Source: Gammaproteobacteria bacterium
GTDB lineage: Bacteria > Pseudomonadota > Gammaproteobacteria > S012-40
Length of the DNA stretch: 64,000 nucleotides
Direction: 5' to 3'
NCBI GenBank assembly: GCA_919902765.1
Contig: CAKKRP010000023.1
Location: forward strand, 744 to 64,743
Shown here: positions 29,331-38,899 of the stretch, piece after piece
Numbering within the stretch: position 1 is the stretch's first letter
Layout of the letters: every line of letters starts with the position of its first letter
Notes under the pieces: generated by a model
What the model was told of the DNA's origin: nothing
Database searches by the model: none
What the model saw: the letters and a program-made list of their open reading frames with translations, nothing else
Program-made: the position numbers and the translations under genes

Positions 29331-29975
29331 ATGGCGCGACGGTCCGATCACTCTAAAGAAGAATTGAGGTCGATGATACTAGATGCAGCGCAGCGCAATC
29401 TGGTGCAAGCGGGATACGCGGGTTTGACTGCGCGCAAGATCGCATCCGACATAGATTATACGGTCGGGACGCTATATCATAATTTTCAAAATCTCGATGA
29501 TATCGTCTTGCACGTCAATGCACGCACTTTAGACGATTTGTATGACGCCCTACGCGCGGCGTGCGAGCGGCATCGCGAGGCGCAGCAGCGCGTGATGGCG
29601 ATAGGGCGAACCTATATCGATTTTGCCTTTAAAAACAGGAATCGCTGGAGTGCGGTTTATGATATTCCGGTGCGCAAAGAGACTCCGGTGCCCGATTGGT
29701 ATCGAGCGCGCGTGACGCGCAATTTGGAGTATGTGGCCATCCAGTTGGCACCGTTAGTGCCGGAAATCAATCCGCAACAATTGCGTAAATCCGCTTATAT
29801 GATTTGGTGTAGCGTGCATGGCATGTGCGTGTTATCGGTAGGGCATAAATTGGAGGTTCCGCGCGCGGAGCTGGGCGTGCTCGCGGAAAACTTTATTAAA
29901 GATTATATCGCCGGTTTAGTGATAAGAGATAGAGAAAAAACGCGTGTCGTAAAACGCGAGGCCTATGTGCAATAA
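29331..29975 (+). CDS. TetR-family regulator (WHG-type C-domain)
   Basis: MARRSDHSKEELR; TARKIA..IDYTVGTLYHNF; IWCSVHG. Confidence 0.9.
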   Translation: MARRSDHSKEELRSMILDAAQRNLVQAGYAGLTARKIASDIDYTVGTLYHNFQNLDDIVLHVNARTLDDLYDALRAACERHREAQQRVMAIGRTYIDFAFKNRNRWSAVYDIPVRKETPVPDWYRARVTRNLEYVAIQLAPLVPEINPQQLRKSAYMIWCSVHGMCVLSVGHKLEVPRAELGVLAENFIKDYIAGLVIRDREKTRVVKREAYVQ

Positions 29976-30191
29976 GAATAATGGTTGAGAATAACAAATT
30001 ATAATAACAACGTGTGACTATAAGCCCTAAAAAGGCGCGCCATCCACGTGTGGCATAATAAGCATAAAAAACCGGTAGAGAAGATCGAGACAATAATGAG
30101 ATAACGACTCGATAATAATCGAATATATAGAATTATAAATTCACTCCATGGCGAGAGCTCCCCGAGCGATATCGGGGAGCGTCTTATTTTT
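29971..30191 (+). ncRNA. Candidate A-rich Hfq-binding (CrcZ-like) RNA
   Basis: AAnAAnAA motifs at 29971, 29974, 29990 and 30003, further AATAA units, and a terminal hairpin. Confidence 0.45.
30157..30191 (+). terminator. Intrinsic terminator
   Basis: GCTCCCCGA-GCGATA-TCGGGGAGC then GTCTTATTTTT. Confidence 0.7.
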
Positions 30192-30372
30192 GACGTTGTG
30201 CTACCCGCTATGTCCCTACGCTCGTTCCCCTAATCCTTGCAACTATTAGGGTGTGTGCGCTGGAAGTCGCTATTCCTAAGGCGTAATAATCCACTATAAT
30301 CCAATACCCCAATGAGGGGCGGGAGGCGCAGTCTGTGCGTCGATTCGTTTGCGCATGGTAGAGGTGAGTGTG

Positions 30373-30858
30373 ATGAATTTGCAGAGTGATATTCGCCCGG
30401 TTCCGACACGTGAAAACGGCTATCTAAATGGGCATGCACAGCTATTGGTGGATAGTTTTAGGCGCTGGACAGGGCGCACGTTGATAGACTGCGCGCCCGC
30501 AGAGCTTGGGCGGGAGTTGTTTTATGCGCCGTTTGTCATCGCGTCGCATGACACACAATCCGCTCCCGTCTTCAATTACGCGAATTTAGCGGCGCTGCAA
30601 TTGTGGGAGACGAATTGGGAGATGTTTACAAGCAAGCGTTCTAGCGACAGCGCGGAGGCCGACGCGCAGGTGGAACGGGAACAATTTATGGCGCGTGTCG
30701 CTGCCCAGGGCTGTGTGTCCGGTTATAGCGGGGTGCGTATTTCTATGCAGGGGCGGCGTTTTCGCATCGACAACGCGACAGTGTGGAATGTATTAGATGC
30801 GGCGGGGGGCTACCATGGGCAGGCGGTGTGGTTTGACGCATGGCAATACATCGAGTGA
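30373..30858 (+). CDS. MEKHLA (PAS-like) domain protein
   Basis: SFRRWTGR; APFVIASH; PVFNYANLAALQLW; YSGVRIS..GRRF.I.NATVWN. Confidence 0.88.
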   Translation: MNLQSDIRPVPTRENGYLNGHAQLLVDSFRRWTGRTLIDCAPAELGRELFYAPFVIASHDTQSAPVFNYANLAALQLWETNWEMFTSKRSSDSAEADAQVEREQFMARVAAQGCVSGYSGVRISMQGRRFRIDNATVWNVLDAAGGYHGQAVWFDAWQYIE

Positions 30859-30878
30859 GTTTTGGCGCCGCTAGGCCG

Positions 30879-32132
30879 CTAAAATGCAACGTCTAAACCT
30901 ACCAAAAAATAGTCTTCTTTATTGTTGTGGCCGTAACGTGTGTTGTCGATGACGAGAAAATCGGTGGTGATTTCGATGATTCCGCGCACATTGCGCGCGA
31001 AATAATGGCTGGCGTTGGCGGTAATGGCGTTTATGGCGATGCCACGATATAGGTTGGATGCGCCTGCCAGCGTGCCGGGGTTGACGTAATTGTAGAGCAA
31101 CGAAAAACTCGATCCTGCGTCAACGATATAGTCTAATCCGGCAATTCCGCCGTACCACGTATCCGCGACATTGGTGCGTTGAAAATCATCCCAGCGCACT
31201 AATAGCGCCTGCCCATATAGATAAAAGCGCTCAGCGACCGCCAGGCTGCCATCGACGCCGCTGACGGTGCGCGTTATTTGTGCGGTTCCGGCGGCATTGG
31301 CGCCTGCACCGATTTGCATGAACAGACCGCCTTTTAATATCTCGGTGTCTAGCCCCACGCGTGCGAAGTAATTTTTTTTGTTGTTATTATCGAAAATTCT
31401 ATCGCTACGCGCGAGTCCGGGCGAATTCAGCTCATAGCTTGCGCCCACGCCATTGCCGTTGCTCGCGCCCATCGTCAATGCGCCATAAATGAGATCTAAA
31501 TTGAGTAGCACACCGCGATCATGTCCTAGTCCGGCGAGATCGTATGGAAGATAGTCTTGCACGGTCAGGCGACGGCGGCGTGCGTACATCAGATCGGAAA
31601 TCGGAAATTGTCCTATGGTCACCGTGCCGAGTATACCGGTGTAACGCAGTGTCGCCTGGTCTATCGGTTGATAGGGTGAGATACTGCGGTCGGCAAAGGT
31701 GGCGTTGAATTGAAAGCTGACATTAGACGTGAGGGCCGTGCCGCCGAGCACGTCGAGGCGATAGGGGGCTTGAATGTCGTAGGCGGTGTTGGCGACTGTG
31801 GCGCCGCTTTGGGGGTCTATGTATTCGCCTCGTCGCACGCGTGCATAGGCTTGTGTGCGTATCGAAATCGGCAACACGCGCGGTAAATGGATTTGGTTGT
31901 CCTGGGTATCTATCGTACTCAGGTCTTCCCAATGCGGAAGCACATAGCCACGGCGCACAAAGGCGTCGCCGGCATGGTTGAGTTTTGGGCCAGCGCTATG
32001 GCATACGGCGCAACTGATTTCATATTGGCGGGTAAAATGCGGGCTGGCGATGCCGAGACGCAGCACGCCGCATAGGCAAGCGAGGGCCAGCCCTATCCGA
32101 ATAGTCAAAAATTTAAACGTCGATGTACTCAT
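30879..32132 (-). CDS. cyc2: Cyc2-like fused monoheme cytochrome-porin
   Basis: Signal peptide then SPHFTRQYEISCAVCHSAGPKLNHAGDAFVRRGY (PxFxRQ, CxxCH, PxL, GxxFxxxGY); beta-barrel ending VGLDVAF. Confidence 0.8.
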   Translation of the reverse strand: MSTSTFKFLTIRIGLALACLCGVLRLGIASPHFTRQYEISCAVCHSAGPKLNHAGDAFVRRGYVLPHWEDLSTIDTQDNQIHLPRVLPISIRTQAYARVRRGEYIDPQSGATVANTAYDIQAPYRLDVLGGTALTSNVSFQFNATFADRSISPYQPIDQATLRYTGILGTVTIGQFPISDLMYARRRRLTVQDYLPYDLAGLGHDRGVLLNLDLIYGALTMGASNGNGVGASYELNSPGLARSDRIFDNNNKKNYFARVGLDTEILKGGLFMQIGAGANAAGTAQITRTVSGVDGSLAVAERFYLYGQALLVRWDDFQRTNVADTWYGGIAGLDYIVDAGSSFSLLYNYVNPGTLAGASNLYRGIAINAITANASHYFARNVRGIIEITTDFLVIDNTRYGHNNKEDYFLVGLDVAF

Positions 32133-32370
32133 AAGCGCTGCAATGTTTTAACGCAGGTTTTGCGCCATGTGTACGTGGTAGCGGGGCGATATATTTCCTA
32201 TGGTACTTGCGCGGATTTAGAATTAAGGTAAAATGACCTAATATCGAACTGGTTTTTTTGATGCAGGCGTCTTGGACTATACTTAAAGTTTTAGGCGTGC
32301 GCGGTTTGTTGGCCATTGTTTCAACAATTACAAAGCACTACACTAGCGCATTTTCACAGCGAGGTTTTCC

Positions 32371-32802
32371 ATGGCACTAGAACGTACGATTTCTATCATC
32401 AAGCCCGACGGCGTGGCCAAAAATGTCATAGGTGAGATTTATGCGCGGTTTGAGAAGGCCGGTTTGCGTATCGTCGCGGCCAAGATGATGCACTTGTCTA
32501 AGGGCCAGGCGGAAGAGTTTTATGGCGTACATAAGGCGCGTCCGTTTTTTAACGATTTGGTTAAATTTATGACCTCCGGCCCGGTCATGGTGCAGGTGTT
32601 GGAAGGTGAAAACGCCGTCGCCGAGAATCGCGATGTAATGGGCGCCACCAATCCTAAAGAGGCCAAACCAGGGACGATCCGCGCCGATTTCGCCAAATCT
32701 ATCGACGAAAATGCCGTCCATGGCTCGGATGCGCTGGAAACCGCGCGTAATGAGATCGCGTTTTTCTTTAAGGACAGTGAGATTTGTCCGCGTACCCGAT
32801 AA
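32371..32802 (+). CDS. ndk: Nucleoside diphosphate kinase
   Basis: [10 protein letters not shown]; NAVHGSD. Confidence 0.98.
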   Translation: MALERTISIIKPDGVAKNVIGEIYARFEKAGLRIVAAKMMHLSKGQAEEFYGVHKARPFFNDLVKFMTSGPVMVQVLEGENAVAENRDVMGATNPKEAKPGTIRADFAKSIDENAVHGSDALETARNEIAFFFKDSEICPRTR

Positions 32803-33920
32803 TGGCGGATACGCTACGCAATCCGGTCAATTTATTCGATCTTGACCAAGCGGGAATGGAAGGGTTTTTCGCGACGTTAGGCGAGAAGCCCTTTCGCGCC
32901 ACGCAAGTGTTGAAATGGATGCACCAGCAAGGCGTGACGGATGTCGCGCAAATGACCAATTTATCCAAGGAGTTACGCGCGCGTCTGACGCTGGCGGCGA
33001 GTTTCAAATTGCCTGAAATCGCATTCGAACAGGCCTCGGCCGACGGGACGCGCAAGTGGTTGGTGCGCCTGCACGATGGCAACTGCATCGAGACGGTGTT
33101 CATCCCCGAGCATGACCGCGGCACCCTGTGCATCTCCTCGCAAGTGGGCTGCGTGTTGAATTGCGCGTTCTGTTCGACCGCACAACAAGGTTTTAATCGT
33201 AATTTGACCACCAGCGAGATCATCGGCCAATTATTTTTGGCGCGCCGGGCCTTGGGTGCGGCCAAGGACAATCGCGTGGTCAGCAATGTTGTGATGATGG
33301 GCATGGGCGAACCGCTGCTCAATTTCGATCAAGTGGTGCCCGCGCTCAATTTGATGTTGGATGATAATGCCTATGGCTTGTCTAAACGGCGTGTGACGGT
33401 GAGTACTGCCGGTGTAGTGCCCGCTTTGGATCGTTTGCGTGAGGTCACTGACGTGGCCCTGGCGGTGTCGTTGCACGCGACGCGCGATGAATTGCGCGAT
33501 GAACTCGTACCGTTGAATAAAAAATATCCGATTGCGGAATTATTGGCGGCCTGTAAGCGTTATATCGAAGGTAAGGCGCATCGCTCTATCACGGTGGAGT
33601 ATGTAATGTTGGATGGGGTCAATGACCAGCCGCAACATGCGCGTGAATTGGCGCGTTTGCTACGCGATCTCCCGGCCAAGGTCAATTTAATCCCGTTTAA
33701 CCCGTTTCCAAATAGTCGTTATCGCCGTTCGAGTGCTGAGGCGATAGATCGCTTTCAGTCGCAATTGATCGCACTGGGGATGATCACCGTCGTACGGCGT
33801 ACGCGCGGCGATGATATTGATGCCGCGTGTGGCCAGTTGGCGGGGCAGGTGCGTGATCGTACGCAACGCAGTGCGCGGCTATTGCGCAACGCCGCCGAGG
33901 TTGCGAATGCGGCATCTTAG
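32802..33920 (+). CDS. rlmN: Dual-specificity RNA methyltransferase RlmN
   Basis: CVLNCAFC; MGMGEP; IDAACGQL. Confidence 0.97.
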   Translation: MADTLRNPVNLFDLDQAGMEGFFATLGEKPFRATQVLKWMHQQGVTDVAQMTNLSKELRARLTLAASFKLPEIAFEQASADGTRKWLVRLHDGNCIETVFIPEHDRGTLCISSQVGCVLNCAFCSTAQQGFNRNLTTSEIIGQLFLARRALGAAKDNRVVSNVVMMGMGEPLLNFDQVVPALNLMLDDNAYGLSKRRVTVSTAGVVPALDRLREVTDVALAVSLHATRDELRDELVPLNKKYPIAELLAACKRYIEGKAHRSITVEYVMLDGVNDQPQHARELARLLRDLPAKVNLIPFNPFPNSRYRRSSAEAIDRFQSQLIALGMITVVRRTRGDDIDAACGQLAGQVRDRTQRSARLLRNAAEVANAAS

Positions 33921-34704
33921 CGGGTGGGTACCGGGTTCGCGCATGGCGACCGGGTGGCTGGCCGCGTGCCTAGGGCTGGTCATGATAGTAGGGTGTACCA
34001 CGACCACTAAGCGTGCGCCGGATCAAGAAATCGCGCGCGTGAACACCCATTTGGCCATGCAATACTTGCAACGCGGGGATTTTGAAACCGCGATAGAAAA
34101 GCTTAATAAGGCCTTAGCGGCGGATAGCGCGCTGGTGGAGACGCATGCGACGGCAGCCTTGATTTACGACCGTGTAGGCAAGTACGACGAGGCCGAGGAC
34201 CACTACCGGCAGGCCATTGCCTTGACCCGCCCCGACAGCGACGATTCGGCCTCCGCCTATAACAACTATGGCGTGTTTTTGTGTAAAAGAGGTAAAATTA
34301 ACGATGCGGCCGACAATTTTAAACGGGCCTTCAGCAATATGTTTTATAACAGTCCTGAGGTTGCTTATGAGAATGCCGGGGTATGCCTGGCACGCCAGCC
34401 GGGCCGCGAGGGTCAGGCCGAGGCCTATTTGCGTAAGGCCTTGGAGTTGAAACCGCAGTTGGCGATGGCTTTACAGACCTTGGCGCAACTGCAATTCGAG
34501 CAAAAGCATTTTTTACAGGCGCGCGCGTTTATTCAGCGTGCCCATGGGGCGGCGGCCCCTACGGCGGCCAGTTTGTGGCTTGCGTATCGCATTGAACGAC
34601 AGTTAGGCGATTCCAAAGCGGCTGCCGATTTGGCCCAGCAACTGCGTAACCGCTACGCAGATACGGAACAAGCGCGGCAGCTTGCAGAGTTACGGGATAG
34701 GTAG
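33907..34704 (+). CDS. pilW: Type IV pilus secretin pilotin PilW/PilF (TPR lipoprotein)
   Basis: IVGC lipobox; NNYGVFLC; YENAGVC; position after rlmN. Start uncertain (33907 or 33943). Confidence 0.88.
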   Translation: MRHLSGWVPGSRMATGWLAACLGLVMIVGCTTTTKRAPDQEIARVNTHLAMQYLQRGDFETAIEKLNKALAADSALVETHATAALIYDRVGKYDEAEDHYRQAIALTRPDSDDSASAYNNYGVFLCKRGKINDAADNFKRAFSNMFYNSPEVAYENAGVCLARQPGREGQAEAYLRKALELKPQLAMALQTLAQLQFEQKHFLQARAFIQRAHGAAAPTAASLWLAYRIERQLGDSKAAADLAQQLRNRYADTEQARQLAELRDR

Positions 34705-34712
34705 GAGGTTCG

Positions 34713-35384
34713 ATGAGTACGGGTAATGTAGTGATAAAAGACGCAGTTCTTGACGCCGATACGGATACGGATACGGATACCGATATCGAGATACGCGCGC
34801 GCACCTTGGCGCGTGTCGAAGTGCCGGTGTCGCAAGACGCCAAGACGGCGGCGGCCGAACTGAACGAAGTCATTAAGCAGAATGGCGACCAAGGGCCGGG
34901 TTCATTTTTGCGTTTGATGCGTGAACATCTCAGTAAATCGGAAACCGATGTGGCCTTTGATTTACGCATGAGTGTAAAGCAAGTCGTCGCATTGGAAGAA
35001 AACGCCTTCGATAATATGGCCGCGCCTATTTATGTGCGCAGTTCCCTGCGCCGTTACGCCGAATATCTCGGCTTGTCGCCGGTGATCGTGTTGGATTGCT
35101 ATGAGCGTTTAGGCGCGGGTCAGCCGCCCCCGTTGAAGCGGGTGTCGCAGTGGGGCAACGTGCGTGCCGCCGCGCCGCAACCGCATGATAATCGTTGGCT
35201 GGCCTATATGTTTATCGCCATCTTGTTTGTGCTGGTGTTTTTCTGGTGGTCTACGGCCTTGTTAAATGGCAAATCGGATCGCACCTCAATGACCGAGGCG
35301 GATGCCGTACGTTCTTCGCAACAAACCACCATCATCACCCCCTTGGCACCTTCGTCGTCGCCGGATCGAACCGCCGGGCGGTAG
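34713..35384 (+). CDS. rodZ: RodZ-like HTH membrane protein with a short C-terminus
   Basis: PGSFLRLMRE...ALEE...IYVRSSLRRYAEYLGL; one TM; synteny. The periplasmic domain is absent. Confidence 0.7.
   Translation: MSTGNVVIKDAVLDADTDTDTDTDIEIRARTLARVEVPVSQDAKTAAAELNEVIKQNGDQGPGSFLRLMREHLSKSETDVAFDLRMSVKQVVALEENAFDNMAAPIYVRSSLRRYAEYLGLSPVIVLDCYERLGAGQPPPLKRVSQWGNVRAAAPQPHDNRWLAYMFIAILFVLVFFWWSTALLNGKSDRTSMTEADAVRSSQQTTIITPLAPSSSPDRTAGR
34758..34787 (+). repeat. Hexanucleotide tandem repeat (GATACG)3-GATACC-GATATC, encoding Asp-Thr repeats
   Basis: Read directly from the sequence. Confidence 0.85.
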
Positions 35385-35571
35385 AACATCATTAACGGGC
35401 AAGGGGTAGAGGGGTAGCAATGAGCCTACGCCTCGCCGTTAGGGGGTTGGTAGTGACACTACGACCCTGGGTGCAGCAAGTCCACCCCTCCACCTAGACA
35501 TTTTGCGCGCGAACCCGCACAATGCGCCGAATTACCCCTGATAGGCCTCTCCACTGACACGAGGATTAGTC

Positions 35572-36867
35572 TTGTCCACCTTGCAAGCGGTGCGTGGGAT
35601 GCACGACATCCTGCCTGAACACATGCCTTATTGGTCTAAATTAGAACGCGCGCTATGCGACTTGTTTGCGGCCTACGGCTATTCTGAAATGCGTCTGCCC
35701 ATTGTCGAAAAAACGGAGTTGTTTAAGCGCTCCATCGGCGAAGTGACCGACATCGTTGAAAAAGAGATGTACAGTTTCGACGACCGCAATGGCGAATCCT
35801 TGACCTTGCGTCCCGAGGGCACGGCCGGTTGTGTGCGCGCGGGAATTGAACACGGTTTAATTCAGCCGCAACAAGCGCATAAATGGTGGTATAGCGGGGC
35901 GATGTTTCGTCACGAGCGCCCGCAAAAAGGGCGTTATCGTCAGTTTCATCAAGTCGGGATAGAGGCGTTTGGACTGGAAGGCCCCGATGTTGATGTTGAG
36001 TTGATATTGCTGACGCGCCGTTTATGGCAGGTGCTGGGACTGTCGGCGGTCGTACAACTGGAAATAAACACCCTGGGCAGCAGCGAGTCGCGCCACGCCT
36101 ATCGCGCCTTATTGGTGGAATATTTTAACGCCCACCGCGACCGCTTGGATGAAGATAGTGTGCGGCGTTTAGAGCGCAATCCGTTGCGTATACTGGATAG
36201 CAAGAATCCCGATCTCAAGCCCGTCATTGAGGCCGCGCCGCGTTTGTACGACAGTTTAGACGAGGCCTCGCGGACGCATTTTTCGCAACTGCAAGAGTTA
36301 TTGCAAGCGGTGGGCGTGTCGTTTACGGTGAATCCGCATTTGGTGCGCGGACTGGATTATTACAATCGCACCGTCTTCGAATGGAAAACGGATCGCTTAG
36401 GCGCGCAGGCCGCAGTGGCGGCGGGTGGGCGTTACGACGGATTAGTAGCCCAGTTGGGTGGCAAACCAGTGCCCGCGATAGGCTGCGCTTTGGGTATGGA
36501 GCGCGTGGTCGCGCTGTTGCAGGAGATCGGAGCGGCCCCGCTGGCTGAGCGCGTAGATGTTTATATGGTGATGGCGGGCGATGCGGCATTGCGTGCCGGG
36601 CTAGGCTTGGCCGAGCAGTGGCGCGATGACATCCCGGGGCTGCGCATGCTGGTCAATACCGGGGGCGGGAGTTTCAAGGCGCAATTCCGGCGCGCGGATC
36701 GCAGTGCGGCGCGCTGGGCGGTCATCCTCGGCGATGATGAGGTACGCGAGCAGGTGGTCACCCTCAAGCCGTTGCGTGAGCAGGGCGAACAACTGCGCGT
36801 GGCGTGGGCGGATGCCAGCGGGACGTTAAAATCCTTGCTAGGCCTGACCACATCGTCAATGACATAG
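35572..36867 (+). CDS. hisS: Histidine--tRNA ligase
   Basis: RPEGTA; [14 protein letters not shown]; LVRGLDYY; GGRYDGL. Confidence 0.98.
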   Translation: MSTLQAVRGMHDILPEHMPYWSKLERALCDLFAAYGYSEMRLPIVEKTELFKRSIGEVTDIVEKEMYSFDDRNGESLTLRPEGTAGCVRAGIEHGLIQPQQAHKWWYSGAMFRHERPQKGRYRQFHQVGIEAFGLEGPDVDVELILLTRRLWQVLGLSAVVQLEINTLGSSESRHAYRALLVEYFNAHRDRLDEDSVRRLERNPLRILDSKNPDLKPVIEAAPRLYDSLDEASRTHFSQLQELLQAVGVSFTVNPHLVRGLDYYNRTVFEWKTDRLGAQAAVAAGGRYDGLVAQLGGKPVPAIGCALGMERVVALLQEIGAAPLAERVDVYMVMAGDAALRAGLGLAEQWRDDIPGLRMLVNTGGGSFKAQFRRADRSAARWAVILGDDEVREQVVTLKPLREQGEQLRVAWADASGTLKSLLGLTTSSMT

Positions 36868-36923
36868 GATACAATAACGCCGCCGCGATTCGGGCGGGTG
36901 TAGATTCTCACAAGGGGTATGCC

Positions 36924-37583
36924 GTGGACGTGTTACAAACGGAAGACGAGCAAGTCGACCAGTTCAAGCAGTGGTGGGCAAAAAACGGCAAGCAAGTATT
37001 GTTGGGTATCGCCATCGCGGCGGCGTTGGCGACCGGCATACGCCTATGGGTGCAGTATCAAGAAGGTCGGCGCATGGCGGCGGCGGTGCTCTATGAGCAA
37101 GTATTGCAGGCCATGGAGAAGAAAGACAACGCGACGGCCATGCAGCAGGGTGCGGCGGTCATAGAGCAATATTCCGGTACCGCGTATGCCGCGTTAAGCG
37201 GCTTGGTGATGGCGCGTTTGGAATGGGAAAAAGGCGAAAAAGACGCGGCGCGCAAGCGTCTGATGTGGGTGATCGAACATACCGGTAACGCCGAATTGCA
37301 ACATGTGGCGCGTTTGCGTTTGGCGCGTCTCTGGATGGCCGATAACAAATTGGAAGAGGCCGTCAAATTAGTCAATCAGCAAGATGCGGGCGCATTTACC
37401 GCCGCGTATCAATTTATTAAAGGCGACATTTTACTCCAGCAGGGCAAGCCTCAAGAGGCCCAAGCGGCCTTTTACGCCGTGGTCAACGATGCAACCGCCG
37501 TGGGCGAATTACATAATCAGGCCCAGCAACGCCTGGATGACCTGGGCGCGCCGCCGCCGCCGCAACCAGAGGCCAAGTCCTAA
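36924..37583 (+). CDS. yfgM: Ancillary SecYEG subunit YfgM
   Basis: TEDEQVDQFKQWWAKNGK; TM; TPR-like helices; synteny. Confidence 0.9.
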   Translation: MDVLQTEDEQVDQFKQWWAKNGKQVLLGIAIAAALATGIRLWVQYQEGRRMAAAVLYEQVLQAMEKKDNATAMQQGAAVIEQYSGTAYAALSGLVMARLEWEKGEKDAARKRLMWVIEHTGNAELQHVARLRLARLWMADNKLEEAVKLVNQQDAGAFTAAYQFIKGDILLQQGKPQEAQAAFYAVVNDATAVGELHNQAQQRLDDLGAPPPPQPEAKS

Positions 37584-38845
37584 TGGTGTATCGTCAATTA
37601 TGCGCGGCCATCGTGCTGGTCGCGGTGGCGGGTTGTGGCATCCAACGTAAGGTCGAACTCGAAGGCTTCGCGTTGTGGGACAAGCCCGTCGCGGAAGTCG
37701 AACACGCCAATATAGCGTTAGCATGGGTGCGTAAAATGGGGCGCGGCGGTGCCGAGCGCTATGCCAAATTGCGACCTGAATTGAGCGGCCAGCAACTCTT
37801 TTTGGCCGACCGCGATGGCTGGGTGACAAGCTACGACACGGCGAGCGGTAAGACGCGCTGGGTGCATCACTATGATGTGTCTTTTAGCAGCGGTCCGCAT
37901 GTCGTCAACGAGATGGTGTTGTTAGGTACGCGGGCCGCCGAAGTCGTGGTGTTAGCGCGTGACGATGGACATTTATTATGGCGCAGCCGGGTGTCCAGCG
38001 AGGTCTTATCCGTGCCGCAAGCCAATCGTGACTGGGTGGTGGTGCAGACGGTCGATGGTCGCGTCTATTGTTTGCGCAGCCGCGATGGTCAGCGCGTATG
38101 GACCTACGATCGTAGCGTGCCGGTGCTGTCACTGCGTGGCACCTCCGGCCCCGTCGTTTTGGAAGACAAGGTAATTGTCGGTTTTGACAACGGCAAGCTC
38201 GTCGCGTTGGCGCTGGCCGATGGAAAATTATTGTGGGAGCAGGCCGTCGCCTCACCTCAAGGCCGCACTGAATTAGAGCGCATGGTCGATATCGACGGTG
38301 ACCTGGCCAGCGATAGTCAATATGTGTACGCCGTCAGTTACCAGGGCAAGATCGCTGCGCTGACCTTGGATAACGGGCGTGTCGCATGGTCGCGCGATAT
38401 GTCGGCGTTTATTGGGCCGGTGTTGGTCGAGTCGCGGCTCTATATCGTGGATGATAAAGGCGTGTTATGGGCACTGGATCGCGATAGCGGGGCCGCCGTT
38501 TGGCGTCAAGATATCCTTAAAGGACAGGCGAGCACTGCGCCGGTGTGGCAAGACGGCACCGTGGCCGTGGGCACGCGCGCCGGGGCCATTTATTGGTTTA
38601 ATGCCGCTGACGGCGCGGCGTTAGGGCAATTTGGCTATCGCGATCTGGTCAGCAAAATAGAAGATGACGCCAATGTCACCACCTCGGTTGACCCATTCAC
38701 CCCAGAAGACCTAACGCATGTCTTTGAAGAATATGATGTAGTGGCGTCTCCGGTGGCACAGGGGCGGCGTTTATATGTGTCTTATCGTAACGGTGTGGTC
38801 GCTGCCGTGGGATGGCCCATCGACAAGAAGGTTGCGCGGCCTTAG
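37583..38845 (+). CDS. bamB: Outer-membrane assembly factor BamB
   Basis: VAGC lipobox; PQQ-type repeats; LSLRG; GRTELERMVDID. Confidence 0.93.
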   Translation: MVYRQLCAAIVLVAVAGCGIQRKVELEGFALWDKPVAEVEHANIALAWVRKMGRGGAERYAKLRPELSGQQLFLADRDGWVTSYDTASGKTRWVHHYDVSFSSGPHVVNEMVLLGTRAAEVVVLARDDGHLLWRSRVSSEVLSVPQANRDWVVVQTVDGRVYCLRSRDGQRVWTYDRSVPVLSLRGTSGPVVLEDKVIVGFDNGKLVALALADGKLLWEQAVASPQGRTELERMVDIDGDLASDSQYVYAVSYQGKIAALTLDNGRVAWSRDMSAFIGPVLVESRLYIVDDKGVLWALDRDSGAAVWRQDILKGQASTAPVWQDGTVAVGTRAGAIYWFNAADGAALGQFGYRDLVSKIEDDANVTTSVDPFTPEDLTHVFEEYDVVASPVAQGRRLYVSYRNGVVAAVGWPIDKKVARP

Positions 38846-38899
38846 CAGGCTTGTGCAAAACCTGTTAAAATGTGTTTTTTATGTGGCGTCTAGCATCTC

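Noticed and set aside
29971-30140. CRISPR array or leader in the AT-rich repeat-like stretch
   Set aside because: No constant-length repeats with spacers, and no cas genes in the window.
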